A stretch of 64,000 bases of DNA from Fidelibacterota bacterium (lineage in GTDB: Bacteria; Fidelibacterota; UBA8477; JABMPR01): contig JAIPGJ010000002.1 in the NCBI GenBank assembly GCA_021736185.1, positions 143-64,142 on the forward strand, read 5' to 3'. Position numbers and translations under genes: made by a program. This document shows positions 27,063-37,186 of this stretch, piece by piece. Under the pieces are notes generated by a model. It did no database searches, was not told where the DNA came from, and was given only the letters and a program-made list of their open reading frames with translations. Numbering within the stretch: position 1 is the stretch's first letter; every line of letters starts with the position of its first letter.

Positions 27063-29561
27063 TTAGCCTTCCTTTAAGTGGAAATTCATCAGGGAAAATT
27101 GATAGCCCCTGTTTTTGAGTTCTGAGATCAGACTATCTAGCTTATTGTATAGCTTATCGGTTCTATCTGCATGCGTTCCCAGGTGGATGAGTAAAATAAA
27201 ACCGTTGAGGCCGTGATCGGAACTGGATTCATATTTCAAAATATTGTCATACAGGGTCTGACTATCCACATAGGCTTTTCCCATCTCCGGAGTGGTGTAA
27301 TCAGCATGAGATCGAGTTCCTGGCGTATAGTTGATCAAGGTGAGTCCCAGCTCCTGACTCCATCTGGCAATGTCGTCATTATACCATTCGTAGGACGGCA
27401 TAAAAAGAGGAGCCTCTGACCTGCTGACCCCAAACCGGGCCATCTCTTTATAATTTTGTTTTAAATCCTCGGTGAATTCACTTCGGGAAACCAGCAGCGA
27501 ATCCCGCTTTTCCCATGAGGCATACAACAGATGTTTGTCTGAATGAGCCCCCAGGTAATGACCATCTTTCCTGAGCTTTTTGATCAAGCTTTTATTGTCC
27601 GGGTTGCGATAAAAATCTCCCGTAAAGAAAAAGTGGGCCGGGACATTCTGTTGCTTCAGGACCGCCTGAATGATGCTGCCGCCATCATTATAATCATGTC
27701 CGGTAAACACCAGATGAATCGTGGGCTGGTTGAGATTTCCCCGAGTAATAGCACCCTGGTTATAACTGAGGTCGACTAGTTTTTCGCCCCTATCCTTTAC
27801 GCCAAGGGCAGAAAAATAATAAGTCAGGCTGGCTGTTCCATCCATGGTGGGTTCATTGGTGGAATAGTCTCCATAGTCATCATGATAGACACACAGATCA
27901 GACTGAAAGGCCGCATACTCATCACCATTCACAATTTTCAAGCCGCGTAAAGACTCAAAGATGGAAGTGTATACCGGGCCATCTACCAGGCCACCATCAA
28001 TCTCCAGACCAAAAACGGCCGTCTGGGCAGCATGAGGGTCTACGGGTGTATCGCCTTCAGCGGGATAGCCAACGATCATGCTGGTACCCCAGGGATTACA
28101 TCCCAGGAGCCAATCCCGCATGGCTGCCTCAAGTTCTGAATATTGATCATCCCCGGTCAATGTCTGATAAAGGCTGACCTGAGTTAAAGCTGCAGCCACC
28201 AGATTATTGGAACACCAGATGTAGGGGATACCCATGAGAAAACCATTGGCCTGGGCCCGTTCATTGATGGCTTCAATCCCCTGTTGCAGGTAGGCAATAA
28301 ATATGGATCGTTCCGTGCTGTCAGCCAGAGCTGCAATTTTATAGTGCCCCAGATTGACAAAGGGATACCATTGATAATGTCTGGCTTCATTATCCTTCAT
28401 CCAGGGCGTCACTTTTTCCAGTTTGCCCCAGTATACGGCTTCCTTGAAAAATCGCTCATCATGGGTCTGTTGAAAAAGCTGTACGGCCGCCAGCTCCATG
28501 TCATCGACATAATTATCTTCTTCATAAAAATAGGGAGAGCGATTGCTGGCCGTTTGACAGACGCCCAGATCGCTCCTGGCAAAATCATAAGCTTCGAGGC
28601 TTTTCCTGGCGATATGCTGGCTGAATTCCGGGTAATAGGCTTGCAGTAATTTTGCTCCCATGGCAAAGGTCGAGGCATATTTCGCAGCGCTGGAGGATAC
28701 GCCTGTGGATCGGTTTTTATATAGCCCTAGACCCTGTGGTTTCCCGGTGACGAGATAAACCGGCCGTTGGCGACCCTTGCCGTAATCCACTGAATCAAGC
28801 GAGGGTAATGTGAATTTGGTATGGTCCCGATCATCGGCAATCTGATTAAACATGATGCCAGCCTCTGGATTCATTTTATTCAGCCAGTCCAGACCCCATT
28901 TTGCCTCATCCAGCACATCTGGAATCCCATTGCTTCCTGGATCGCCATTACGGTCATATTCATCCCCAAAAGCGCTGGGGTTTTGCTCATAGGCGAACAG
29001 CATTTGATAGGTGGCGTTGGCAGATGTGGTTACATACTGGAGATAATCTGAAGCATCATGCCAACCCCCGGTCACATCGATATGCATGGAGTCCTGTTGG
29101 GGGAAATCAACGATAAACCCATCGCGGGTATGACATGAATCCTGGAGAAAAGGGTTGTAACCACAGCGTTGTTGCCGCATGTATTTCAGCAAAAAATCTG
29201 CGGCGCCCTGATAAATATCCTGGTGGATGGTAAACTCAGGGGAGCGCGTCGCACCGGCTTTTATAAGATATCGGCCGGGTGTGGTGAACTGGGAAAAGTC
29301 CAAACGCTGGATTTGATCAAAACTGCCATAAGCCCCATAACTGCGAATCTGCTTCGATCGCAGAACCACTTCTCCTGATAATACTTCGATGAGCTCAAAG
29401 CGCCTGGGTAACTTGGTATTTTGACTGGCCAGGACCGCCACCTTGATGGCGTCGGGTTGATAGCCTGCCTGATTAATTCGAATCCAGCTTTCTCCAGCCT
29501 GGAGCGTGACCTGCCCCAGAAGAAGCAGGACAATAAAATGAAGTGGTCTGATATAAGACAT
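27063..29561 (-). CDS. secreted GH9 glycoside hydrolase (Ig-like N-domain plus catalytic domain) fused to a C-terminal polysaccharide deacetylase-like domain
   Basis: Has a signal peptide. CelD_N-like region IRINQAGYQP...PGRYLIKAG. GH9 motifs DVTGGWHDASDYLQY and YSTNEPTMDGTASL. The C-terminal roughly 240 aa (IHLVFTGHDYNDGG...GAHSDKHLLY...LLIHLG) are deacetylase-like. Confidence 0.75.
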   Translation of the reverse strand: MSYIRPLHFIVLLLLGQVTLQAGESWIRINQAGYQPDAIKVAVLASQNTKLPRRFELIEVLSGEVVLRSKQIRSYGAYGSFDQIQRLDFSQFTTPGRYLIKAGATRSPEFTIHQDIYQGAADFLLKYMRQQRCGYNPFLQDSCHTRDGFIVDFPQQDSMHIDVTGGWHDASDYLQYVTTSANATYQMLFAYEQNPSAFGDEYDRNGDPGSNGIPDVLDEAKWGLDWLNKMNPEAGIMFNQIADDRDHTKFTLPSLDSVDYGKGRQRPVYLVTGKPQGLGLYKNRSTGVSSSAAKYASTFAMGAKLLQAYYPEFSQHIARKSLEAYDFARSDLGVCQTASNRSPYFYEEDNYVDDMELAAVQLFQQTHDERFFKEAVYWGKLEKVTPWMKDNEARHYQWYPFVNLGHYKIAALADSTERSIFIAYLQQGIEAINERAQANGFLMGIPYIWCSNNLVAAALTQVSLYQTLTGDDQYSELEAAMRDWLLGCNPWGTSMIVGYPAEGDTPVDPHAAQTAVFGLEIDGGLVDGPVYTSIFESLRGLKIVNGDEYAAFQSDLCVYHDDYGDYSTNEPTMDGTASLTYYFSALGVKDRGEKLVDLSYNQGAITRGNLNQPTIHLVFTGHDYNDGGSIIQAVLKQQNVPAHFFFTGDFYRNPDNKSLIKKLRKDGHYLGAHSDKHLLYASWEKRDSLLVSRSEFTEDLKQNYKEMARFGVSRSEAPLFMPSYEWYNDDIARWSQELGLTLINYTPGTRSHADYTTPEMGKAYVDSQTLYDNILKYESSSDHGLNGFILLIHLGTHADRTDKLYNKLDSLISELKNRGYQFSLMNFHLKEG

Positions 29562-29588
29562 GGGCTATTCCAAAATTAGGGGGTGTTT

Positions 29589-30143
29589 TTAGTTTTTCAA
29601 ACTATCTAATATTTGAGCCGTCGTCTGAATCTGGCAGAATTCGTCATTCAAACTGGCCAGATTGACGCGATGCATCTCTGCTGCGCTGATGTGGTTTCCA
29701 TCTGTGTCCTGGCGCTCGAAGGTGGCCGTTGCATCGGAAATCAGGGTTACATCAAAACCCAGATTGGCGGCCATCCGCGTGGATGTGGACACACAATGAT
29801 CTGTGGTCAGGCCGACAATGACCAGCGACCTTAGGCCCTGCTCATGTAAATAATCTTCCAAACCTGTCCCGATAAAGGCACTGTTGACCGTTTTTTTGAA
29901 CACCGGTTCTCCACTTTTGGGCCTGGCTTCATTTTTAAAGGCATTTCCGGGTTGATCCGGGTGCAATGCTGATTTTGGAGAAACAGAACAATGCTGCACG
30001 TGAATAATGGGCGCTTGCTGTTTTCTCCAGGCATCCAGTAGTCTGGCGATATTCGCTTCTGCCTGGGGATTGTTCCGCTCACCCCACAGCGGACTATCAA
30101 AACCTTTTTGAACATCTATGAGCAGGAGAGCTGAATTATTCAT
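29589..30143 (-). CDS. isochorismatase-family cysteine hydrolase
   Basis: ALLLIDVQKGF and VIVGLTTDHCVSTS (catalytic Cys) motifs. Confidence 0.85.
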   Translation of the reverse strand: MNNSALLLIDVQKGFDSPLWGERNNPQAEANIARLLDAWRKQQAPIIHVQHCSVSPKSALHPDQPGNAFKNEARPKSGEPVFKKTVNSAFIGTGLEDYLHEQGLRSLVIVGLTTDHCVSTSTRMAANLGFDVTLISDATATFERQDTDGNHISAAEMHRVNLASLNDEFCQIQTTAQILDSLKN

Positions 30144-30161
30144 TTCTGTTCACTTTCTGAT

Positions 30162-32369
30162 TTACTTGAGCAAGACCAGTTTTAGAGCGCTGGAGCCTTC
30201 ACCGGTCTGGAATTGTGCAAAATATAATCCTGCAGCAGCTGGTTCACCTCCGGTTTTGGTCCCATTCCATTGCACCCCATAATAGCCGGGAGCATGTGAA
30301 GTATTCACCAGCATTCGAACCAGGCTTCCATGCATGTCGTAAATTCCTAGTTGAACCTGTGAGGCCTCTGAGATTTGATATTCTATGGTCGTTGTTGGAT
30401 TAAATGGATTGGGGTAATTCCTGATCAGTTCGAATTCGGTGGGAACCGGTGCCGTTCTATCCACATCTGTGGTTATGCCCATCCAGTGTACGATACCTGT
30501 CAGCAGGGTTTCAAATTGATCATAAGCAAAATCAGCCTGTGGCGAAGGGGTTACGGCGGCGTCCGGCATAAACCCAAGCAAGGCTGTTTTAAACGTACCC
30601 GCATCATAAGCCACGCCATAAATCATACTATCGCTGGCTCCCTGGAACAGGGGCAGTGCGTTGCCGGGAACCAGATAGTCACCCCAGTTTGATGTTCCAT
30701 AGAGCGCATGGTTTAACACCAGGGGTGTATTCATAAAATCCATATCGATGTCAGTGCCGGCAATACCATAAAACACGGTGTCGGCAACAGAAACTTCATC
30801 CCCATTTATGGGATCATTGGTGGCCGAGGCCAGACCAAAATAATCATGGGCAAAATCACCCGCTTCAAACTGTAAATCAGGCGCTAGACCATGACTGAAA
30901 AACAGGTCCTGATCTGCCAGAACCAAATGACCACCATTATTTAGAAAGTCCGCAAACCCCGGGTCAGTCTCCCCTTCGATGACAGGCACAACGTCAGTGG
31001 TCCAGCCATAAACCAAAATATTTGACCAACCCGCCTGGATCACAGAGGCGTCGATTCCCTTTTCAATTGAAGTATCCCAAAACTCATATTCAAGACCAAT
31101 ATTATCTGCGGCACGACGATACAGATCAGCCACCACCTGTTCATCAGCCGCCTGATCGGCAATAATGAGCAGCTCAGCATCAGGGTGAATCGGCTCCTTA
31201 ATTTCAAACTGTAGATGTATCGATTCATTAACCATTATTCCATTACTCGTGATTATCCAATATTCTATTTCATCTCCGACATCAAAGGTTCCCGAAATTT
31301 CATAGCTGTATAAACCACTCCCAGACGGATCAACATCAACGGGAACAGGGCTTCCCTCAGTCTCTATGTCATTAACAGTCCAGTGAAATACGATGCTGTC
31401 GTTATCAACAAAATCACCATCGAATATTTCAGCAAAAACGGTGAACGGACCTTCGGTATTGTAGGTGTTACTTAAAACAGAAAGCATGTTGACTACTGGG
31501 GGGTGAATATCAAAATACTCAATTTTCACCAGCATCATCAGATCTACCTGTGGAGAATAACGCCTCCAGCTGCCTCCGGTTGAGGGTCCCCCAAACCAGG
31601 TATAGGTCAAACCTCCCTGGTCATCTGTGGCATCAGCCAGAGGCATCGGGTCATTCGCTGTCTTAACCAGGCCAATCACAAACTGAGGTGGACCATTAAG
31701 AATGGCGGTATTATACGCCATAAAAGTCCCGCCGATATCAAGCTGGCTGGACCAGTCTGCTGAATAGAACTCAATGATATTGGTTGTGATCGGCGTCCTT
31801 AACGCACCAATGGGTGTTCCGGAGAATGAACCAGAATCAATTGTGCTGCACTCACCGTCAGGACTGATCGCTCTGGCACTATCGTTATAATCGGCTCCAA
31901 AAGCCTGGACGGTTCCCGGTGTGTACCATTGCATATACACTTCTCTAACGATTGCTGTGACCGCCGCGGTAAAAACGACAGCAAAAGTATCTTCTGCCAC
32001 ACCTGAACCCAAATAGTACTCAGCATTATCATCAACATGCCGGAGCGTCCACAACAAATCATCCCGGTAAACATCATCGGGATTCATAACGCGCTGGTGC
32101 TGGGTTCTTTTCAGTCGGATCAGGGGGGCTTCACCCGGGTTTTTGGAATTTCTGCTCTCCAATAAATTCAGGGGCACCTGTCTTCCTGTTTGGGACTCAA
32201 TTATTTGCACTGAAGCATCCCCCGCAGGGAAGCTCCTCAGCTCCGTTTTGGCTTGTAGCTCAAAAGCGAAGAGGGTCATAAGCAAACAGACTGTTATGGA
32301 AAACCTCTCGCCAAGCTTTCTTCTACTCAATTCAGAACCAGCCTGATCTGTATGTGTCTGTGTTTTCAT
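30162..32369 (-). CDS. large secreted protein of unknown function with T9SS C-terminal sorting domain
   Basis: Signal/anchor segment, then the C-terminus NYPNPFNPTTTIEYQIS...LKLVLLK. Confidence 0.65.
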   Translation of the reverse strand: MKTQTHTDQAGSELSRRKLGERFSITVCLLMTLFAFELQAKTELRSFPAGDASVQIIESQTGRQVPLNLLESRNSKNPGEAPLIRLKRTQHQRVMNPDDVYRDDLLWTLRHVDDNAEYYLGSGVAEDTFAVVFTAAVTAIVREVYMQWYTPGTVQAFGADYNDSARAISPDGECSTIDSGSFSGTPIGALRTPITTNIIEFYSADWSSQLDIGGTFMAYNTAILNGPPQFVIGLVKTANDPMPLADATDDQGGLTYTWFGGPSTGGSWRRYSPQVDLMMLVKIEYFDIHPPVVNMLSVLSNTYNTEGPFTVFAEIFDGDFVDNDSIVFHWTVNDIETEGSPVPVDVDPSGSGLYSYEISGTFDVGDEIEYWIITSNGIMVNESIHLQFEIKEPIHPDAELLIIADQAADEQVVADLYRRAADNIGLEYEFWDTSIEKGIDASVIQAGWSNILVYGWTTDVVPVIEGETDPGFADFLNNGGHLVLADQDLFFSHGLAPDLQFEAGDFAHDYFGLASATNDPINGDEVSVADTVFYGIAGTDIDMDFMNTPLVLNHALYGTSNWGDYLVPGNALPLFQGASDSMIYGVAYDAGTFKTALLGFMPDAAVTPSPQADFAYDQFETLLTGIVHWMGITTDVDRTAPVPTEFELIRNYPNPFNPTTTIEYQISEASQVQLGIYDMHGSLVRMLVNTSHAPGYYGVQWNGTKTGGEPAAAGLYFAQFQTGEGSSALKLVLLK

Positions 32370-32554
32370 TGATGTCCTCCCGCGTTTTTCCCCGCCTGGC
32401 CCACTTTTCTAAAAGGCACTTCAAAAAAGATAGGTGCCTGTTGAGGTGAATGAAATTCATTTCATCCCGTGCATTTACAAAAAACCCATTAAAATTCTTT
32501 CAGCCCACCGGCTTGGGGTGCATCTTTTATGAGCATTTAAAACAGGAACTATTT

Positions 32555-33412
32555 ATGAAACTACTCTCCTATGGACTTGATATTCGTATGGAACCCCGGC
32601 TGGCTTTTTCCTTGAGGGGTCAGGCTATTGATGTGATGCGGGCCTCACTGTGGATGAAGGAAGATCGCCATGCTCAGGAATTTTTAAGCCTGGCCTCCAC
32701 CATGAAGCTGCTGCTGATGGATTGGCAACGCTCCTTTGCCCTGCTTCGTCAATTGGAGGATGCTTTTCAAAATATTGATCCTTCAGGATTGAAAACCCAT
32801 CATCGACCCGTGGCCCTGCCTGAAGATGATATCGTGTTTTTCGCCCCCATGCCCGACTCGCCCAGCATCCGCTTTTTCAATGCTTTTTCAGATTCCTCAC
32901 CTGAACATTTTGACTTTGGGCAAACTCAAACCCTCCTGGGTCATGGACACGAATTGCCCTCGACCAGCCTGGCTCCCCGGGGCGAGATCGCAGCCATTAT
33001 TGCCGGCAATAAAACTACCAGGGATCCGGTCATTGCCGGCTACACCATTGTCAACAACTGGACCGATACCCAGGCGAAGGCCTCTGGAAAAAGTGGCCTG
33101 GCCCTGGGACAGGCCACCACCCTGGGACCCTATCTGGTGACTGCGGATCAGCTTGATCCTTTGAAGATCGCCAAGGGCTTCAATTTGGACCTGCAAATCC
33201 GGCTGGACGGCAAGACCGAAGTGGATACGAGGCTCAGAGACATGAATTTCAGTTTTGAGGATATGATTCAGCAAGCCAGTTTGACCCAGGTTGGATCGGG
33301 TGATATTTTTTGCTCGGGAAGTCCTTCGAAAAGAGATCTGGTTTTAACTCCGGGGCAAAAATTAGATGTTGAAATTCAGGCCCTGGGCATGCTTTCAACT
33401 GTGGTGGTATAA
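32555..33412 (+). CDS. fumarylacetoacetate hydrolase (FAH) family protein
   Basis: ATG 32555 gives MKLLSYGL... The C-terminal pattern ...GSGDIFCSGSPSKRDLVLTPGQKLDVEIQALGMLSTVV resembles the FAH-fold terminus. Moderate confidence. Confidence 0.5.
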   Translation: MKLLSYGLDIRMEPRLAFSLRGQAIDVMRASLWMKEDRHAQEFLSLASTMKLLLMDWQRSFALLRQLEDAFQNIDPSGLKTHHRPVALPEDDIVFFAPMPDSPSIRFFNAFSDSSPEHFDFGQTQTLLGHGHELPSTSLAPRGEIAAIIAGNKTTRDPVIAGYTIVNNWTDTQAKASGKSGLALGQATTLGPYLVTADQLDPLKIAKGFNLDLQIRLDGKTEVDTRLRDMNFSFEDMIQQASLTQVGSGDIFCSGSPSKRDLVLTPGQKLDVEIQALGMLSTVVV

Positions 33413-33418
33413 AACAGC

Positions 33419-33829
33419 GTGTCTCCCCTCCGAATTCCAGAAAGTGAGCTTGAGCTCAAAGCGATTCGCTCCGGTGGACCGGGAGGACAAAATGTCAACA
33501 AAGTGGCCACGGCCATACAGCTGCGTTTTGATAGTCAAAAGTCCAGTCTCCCCGATCATATCAAAGCGCGATTGATGATCCTTCGGGATCAGCGTATCAA
33601 TTCAGAAGGCATCATTACCATTACCGCTCGCCAGTACCGTAATCAGGAAGCCAATCGTCTGGCCGCCATGGAGCGGCTGGAAAAGATCCTTCAAAAAGCT
33701 GAAACCGTGCCAAAGAAACGCAAGAGAACCAAACCCACCCAGGCTTCTGTCAAAAAGCGGCTGGAAGCCAAAACCAAACGGAGTCAGGTAAAACAACGCC
33801 GCACGCCTGTAAAACCAGATGATTTGTAA
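33419..33829 (+). CDS. arfB: alternative ribosome-rescue factor ArfB (peptidyl-tRNA hydrolase, YaeJ)
   Basis: GGQ motif SGGPGGQNVNKVATAIQLRFD and a basic C-terminal tail. GTG start. Confidence 0.9.
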   Translation: MSPLRIPESELELKAIRSGGPGGQNVNKVATAIQLRFDSQKSSLPDHIKARLMILRDQRINSEGIITITARQYRNQEANRLAAMERLEKILQKAETVPKKRKRTKPTQASVKKRLEAKTKRSQVKQRRTPVKPDDL

Positions 33830-33840
33830 GGAGGTCGTTC

Positions 33841-35790
33841 GTGGGCAATAAAGTGATGTGGACTCCGGATGAAAAGCAGGTCAAGCAGGCGCAGATTACC
33901 CAGTTTCGTCTGGAAATGAATTCCAAATACGGAATACAGCTGAACTCCTATGATGATTTATACCAATGGTCGCTGAATCATGCCCCTGAGTTCTGGTCAG
34001 AAATCTGGAAAGCAGGTAAAATCATTTCCAGTCAAGATCCACAGGAGATTGTGGATGATATTGGGAAAATGCCCGGTGCCAAATGGTTCCAGGGTTCCCG
34101 ACTGAATTATGCTGAAAACCTGCTGCGTTATCGGGACGAGCGCATCGCCATTCACTTCCGTGGTGAAGACCATGTCCAACGGTCATTGAGCTACACCCAA
34201 CTCTATGCACAGGTCTCCTGTGCCGCCCAGGCCATGAAGGATGCCGGGGTGAATCAAGGCGATCGAATTGCCGGCTTTATTCCCAATCTGCCTGAAACCA
34301 TCATCGCCATGCTGGCAGCCTCCAGCCTGGGTGCCATCTGGTCATCTTCTTCACCTGACTTTGGCATTAAGGGTGTCCTGGATCGTTTCTCGCAAATCGA
34401 GCCTAAACTCATTTTTGCCGCAGATGGCTATTTCTACGGTGGCAAGCGTTTCGACTCCCTGGAAAAGCTGCAGAATATCCTCCATGAATTACCTTCGGTG
34501 GAAAAAGTTGTGGTCATCAGCTATACGGAAAAACCCGATTTAAGACAGATCCCCAACAGTATTCACTGGGAGGACTTCATTGATAATGCTGCCACTGAAG
34601 TGAGTTTCACACCCCTGCCCTTTGATCATCCCCTCTATATCATGTATTCTTCAGGGACCACGGGACTGCCGAAATCCATCGTCCATTCCGCCGGTGGTAC
34701 GCTGATCCAGCATTTAAAAGAACTCATGCTCCACTGCGATTTGAGACCTGAGGATACTATCTTCTATTTCACGACTTGTGGTTGGATGATGTGGAACTGG
34801 CTCATAAGCAGCTTGGCTGTTGGCGCTACCCTGGTGCTCTATGACGGAAACCCCTTTTATCCCGGACCGGAGGCACTCTGGAAAATGGCCGACGAGCTGG
34901 ATATTTCCGTTTTTGGGACCAGCGCAAAATACCTGGATGCCCTGGAGGATGCTGGATGTAAACCAGGCAAAGCTTTTGCGTTGCCGGTGTTACGGGCCGT
35001 TTTATCTACTGGATCCCCGCTTTCAGAGGAGAGTTTCGATTTTGTTTATCGAGATATCAAACAGGATCTCCTGCTGGCCTCTATTTCAGGAGGAACCGAT
35101 ATTGTCTCCTGTTTTGTTCTAGGTAATCCAGCGTTACCTGTCTATCGCGGTGAATTACAGTGTCGCGGGCTGGGAATGCAGGTGGAAGCTTTTGATGAAT
35201 CTGGGAAGTCAGTGTTGAATAAAAATGGCGAGCTGGTCTGTACCCAGGCATTTCCGTCCATGCCGGTTTTCTTCTGGAATGATCCTGATGGAGAAAAATA
35301 TCATCAGGCCTACTTTGCTGACTATCCTGGAATCTGGCGTCATGGTGATTTTATTGAAATTAACGATCATGGCGGTGTGCGAATTTATGGTCGGTCTGAT
35401 GCCACCCTGAATCCTGGTGGCGTACGGATTGGTACCGCTGAAATTTATGCTGTGGTGGAAAACCTGCCTGAGATTGCGGATGCCCTGGTCGTCGGTCAGG
35501 CCTGGCAGGATGACGAGCGGGTCATTCTTTTTGTAAAACTAGCTGCCGATGCTGTGCTTGATGAGGCTCTGGTGAAGAAACTGAAAACCGTCATTCGTCA
35601 GAATTGCAGTCCACGACACGTACCGGCTCTAATTCTGGAAACCGCCGATATTCCATATACCATCAATGGTAAAAAGGTAGAGATTGCCGTCAAAAAAATC
35701 ATCGCGGGGCAAGAGGTTCAGAACCGATCAGCCCTGGCCAATCCTGAGTCTTTGGACTTATATAAAAATTTGAAAACCCTTAATCCATAG
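33841..35790 (+). CDS. aacS: acetoacetate-CoA ligase (acetoacetyl-CoA synthetase)
   Basis: 649 aa with the AMP-binding motif YSSGTTGLPKSIVH. The N-terminal region WTPDE....Q...F and overall layout are typical of AacS. Confidence 0.85.
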   Translation: MGNKVMWTPDEKQVKQAQITQFRLEMNSKYGIQLNSYDDLYQWSLNHAPEFWSEIWKAGKIISSQDPQEIVDDIGKMPGAKWFQGSRLNYAENLLRYRDERIAIHFRGEDHVQRSLSYTQLYAQVSCAAQAMKDAGVNQGDRIAGFIPNLPETIIAMLAASSLGAIWSSSSPDFGIKGVLDRFSQIEPKLIFAADGYFYGGKRFDSLEKLQNILHELPSVEKVVVISYTEKPDLRQIPNSIHWEDFIDNAATEVSFTPLPFDHPLYIMYSSGTTGLPKSIVHSAGGTLIQHLKELMLHCDLRPEDTIFYFTTCGWMMWNWLISSLAVGATLVLYDGNPFYPGPEALWKMADELDISVFGTSAKYLDALEDAGCKPGKAFALPVLRAVLSTGSPLSEESFDFVYRDIKQDLLLASISGGTDIVSCFVLGNPALPVYRGELQCRGLGMQVEAFDESGKSVLNKNGELVCTQAFPSMPVFFWNDPDGEKYHQAYFADYPGIWRHGDFIEINDHGGVRIYGRSDATLNPGGVRIGTAEIYAVVENLPEIADALVVGQAWQDDERVILFVKLAADAVLDEALVKKLKTVIRQNCSPRHVPALILETADIPYTINGKKVEIAVKKIIAGQEVQNRSALANPESLDLYKNLKTLNP

Positions 35791-35803
35791 CCTGGAGAAT
35801 TGT

Positions 35804-36001
35804 ATGAATTCAGATCCTGTAGAAGAAAAGAAGCCAAAACGACGTCCCCGATATATTGGTGTTGGACTGGCTGTTGGAGCTGGTGTTGGTGTGGCAATGG
35901 ATAATATTGCTGTGGGCATCGCGCTTGGACTGGCAATCGGTGTCGCCCTGGACTCCTACCACAAAGAAAAACGTGAGAATGATAGTGATGAAGAGGATTG
36001 A
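35804..36001 (+). CDS. small glycine-zipper membrane protein
   Basis: 65 aa with GVGLAVGAGVGVAMDNIAVGIALGLAIGVAL flanked by charged termini. Confidence 0.45.
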   Translation: MNSDPVEEKKPKRRPRYIGVGLAVGAGVGVAMDNIAVGIALGLAIGVALDSYHKEKRENDSDEED

Positions 36002-36010
36002 CCCCACACA

Positions 36011-36109
36011 GTCTTTGCGAGTAACTGAAGGGGAGTGACGCGATCTATAAAACGTTGCGGTGCGTATAGCCGGAGATTGCCGCGGTCGCTACACTCCCTC
36101 GCAATGACA
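36011..36109. repeat. inverted pair of family A repeat units (BIME-like)
   Basis: 36011-36047 GTCTTTGCGAG...GACGCGATCT faces 36073-36109 GAGATTGCCGCGGTCGCTACACTCCCTCGCAATGACA. Confidence 0.6.
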
Positions 36110-36123
36110 ACCCCTAACTTATA

Positions 36124-36147
36124 ACTTTTGACTTTTGACTTTTGACT
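36124..36147. repeat. heptamer tandem repeat (ACTTTTG) x about 3.4
   Basis: Read directly as ACTTTTGACTTTTGACTTTTGACT, immediately 3' of the dehydrogenase stop codon. Confidence 0.9.
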
Positions 36148-36151
36148 AAAA

Positions 36152-37186
36152 TCACGCCCACCCCTCCAAAACCACCTTGCCAAAGGCATGCTCAAATTCC
36201 AGATGATCATGGGCTCCCCGAATATTCTGAAAAGGAAACACCTTGTCGATGACCGGGATCAAAACTTTTTGTTCAGCCAGGTGGAGACATTCGTTGAAAT
36301 CAGAGACTGAACCCATGGTAGAACCCAAAACAGACTGACGTTTGTAAAAGAGGTGTCGCAGATTCACTTCTCCTTTTACTCCCGTCGTCGCCCCGCAGGT
36401 CACCAGTCGGCCTCCCACAGCCAGTGATTTCATTGACTCCGTCCAGGTGCTTTCTCCAATATGCTCAAACACGACATTGGCCCCCCGGCCCTTCGTCAAA
36501 GTTTTTACCTGTTTGGAAAAACCCTCCTGTCGATGATTCAAGACTTCATCAGCCCCCAGGGAGAAAGCCAGTTTCCGCTTTAATTCTGATCCGGCCGTGG
36601 CAATGACCCGGGCACCCAGATAACGCCCCATTTGAACTGCCATGCTCCCTACGCCCGAACCCGCCCCCAGAACCAGTAGCGTTTCTCCAGACTGCAGATG
36701 AGCCCGGTTTTTTAACATGTTCCAGGCGGTGAGTGAGGCCAGGGGCAGAGCGGCCGCTTCAACAAAACTGAGGTTTTTGGGTTTGGGTCCAATATTTGCT
36801 GGTAAGAGACTGATATATTGTCTCTGAACACCACTTTCTGTTTCACCGAGAATACCGTAGGAAGCACACATGTCTTCTCTACCAGCCAGACACTGAGGAC
36901 ATTCCCCACAGAAGGTTCCTGGTTGAATCACAACTTCGTCCCCGACATTCCAATTTTTAACCTCCGAACCCACTTCTGCAATCACACCGGAGGCATCACT
37001 TCCCGGGATATGGGGCAGGGGGATATCCAGGCCGGGTAAACCACGTCTCAACCAGAGATCCAAATGGTTAAGACTGGCAGCTTTTATTTCAACCAACACC
37101 TGATTGTTGTCAGGACTTGGTTTTTCCATGGTTGACAGCTCTAAAACGTCGCTGGAACCATGTGCTGAAAATTGAATGCCAATCAT
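36152..37186 (-). CDS. zinc-type alcohol dehydrogenase / quinone oxidoreductase (MDR superfamily)
   Basis: GHE-like N-domain (PHIPGSDASGVI), structural-zinc Cys cluster CGECPQCLAG...C and Rossmann motif VLGAGSGVGS. Confidence 0.85.
   Translation of the reverse strand: MIGIQFSAHGSSDVLELSTMEKPSPDNNQVLVEIKAASLNHLDLWLRRGLPGLDIPLPHIPGSDASGVIAEVGSEVKNWNVGDEVVIQPGTFCGECPQCLAGREDMCASYGILGETESGVQRQYISLLPANIGPKPKNLSFVEAAALPLASLTAWNMLKNRAHLQSGETLLVLGAGSGVGSMAVQMGRYLGARVIATAGSELKRKLAFSLGADEVLNHRQEGFSKQVKTLTKGRGANVVFEHIGESTWTESMKSLAVGGRLVTCGATTGVKGEVNLRHLFYKRQSVLGSTMGSVSDFNECLHLAEQKVLIPVIDKVFPFQNIRGAHDHLEFEHAFGKVVLEGWA

Noticed and set aside
36124-36147. The heptamer tandem repeat could be a CRISPR-like or regulatory array.
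   Set aside because: There are only 3.4 copies of a contiguous 7-mer with no spacers. It is too short for a CRISPR array and is recorded only as a simple tandem repeat.
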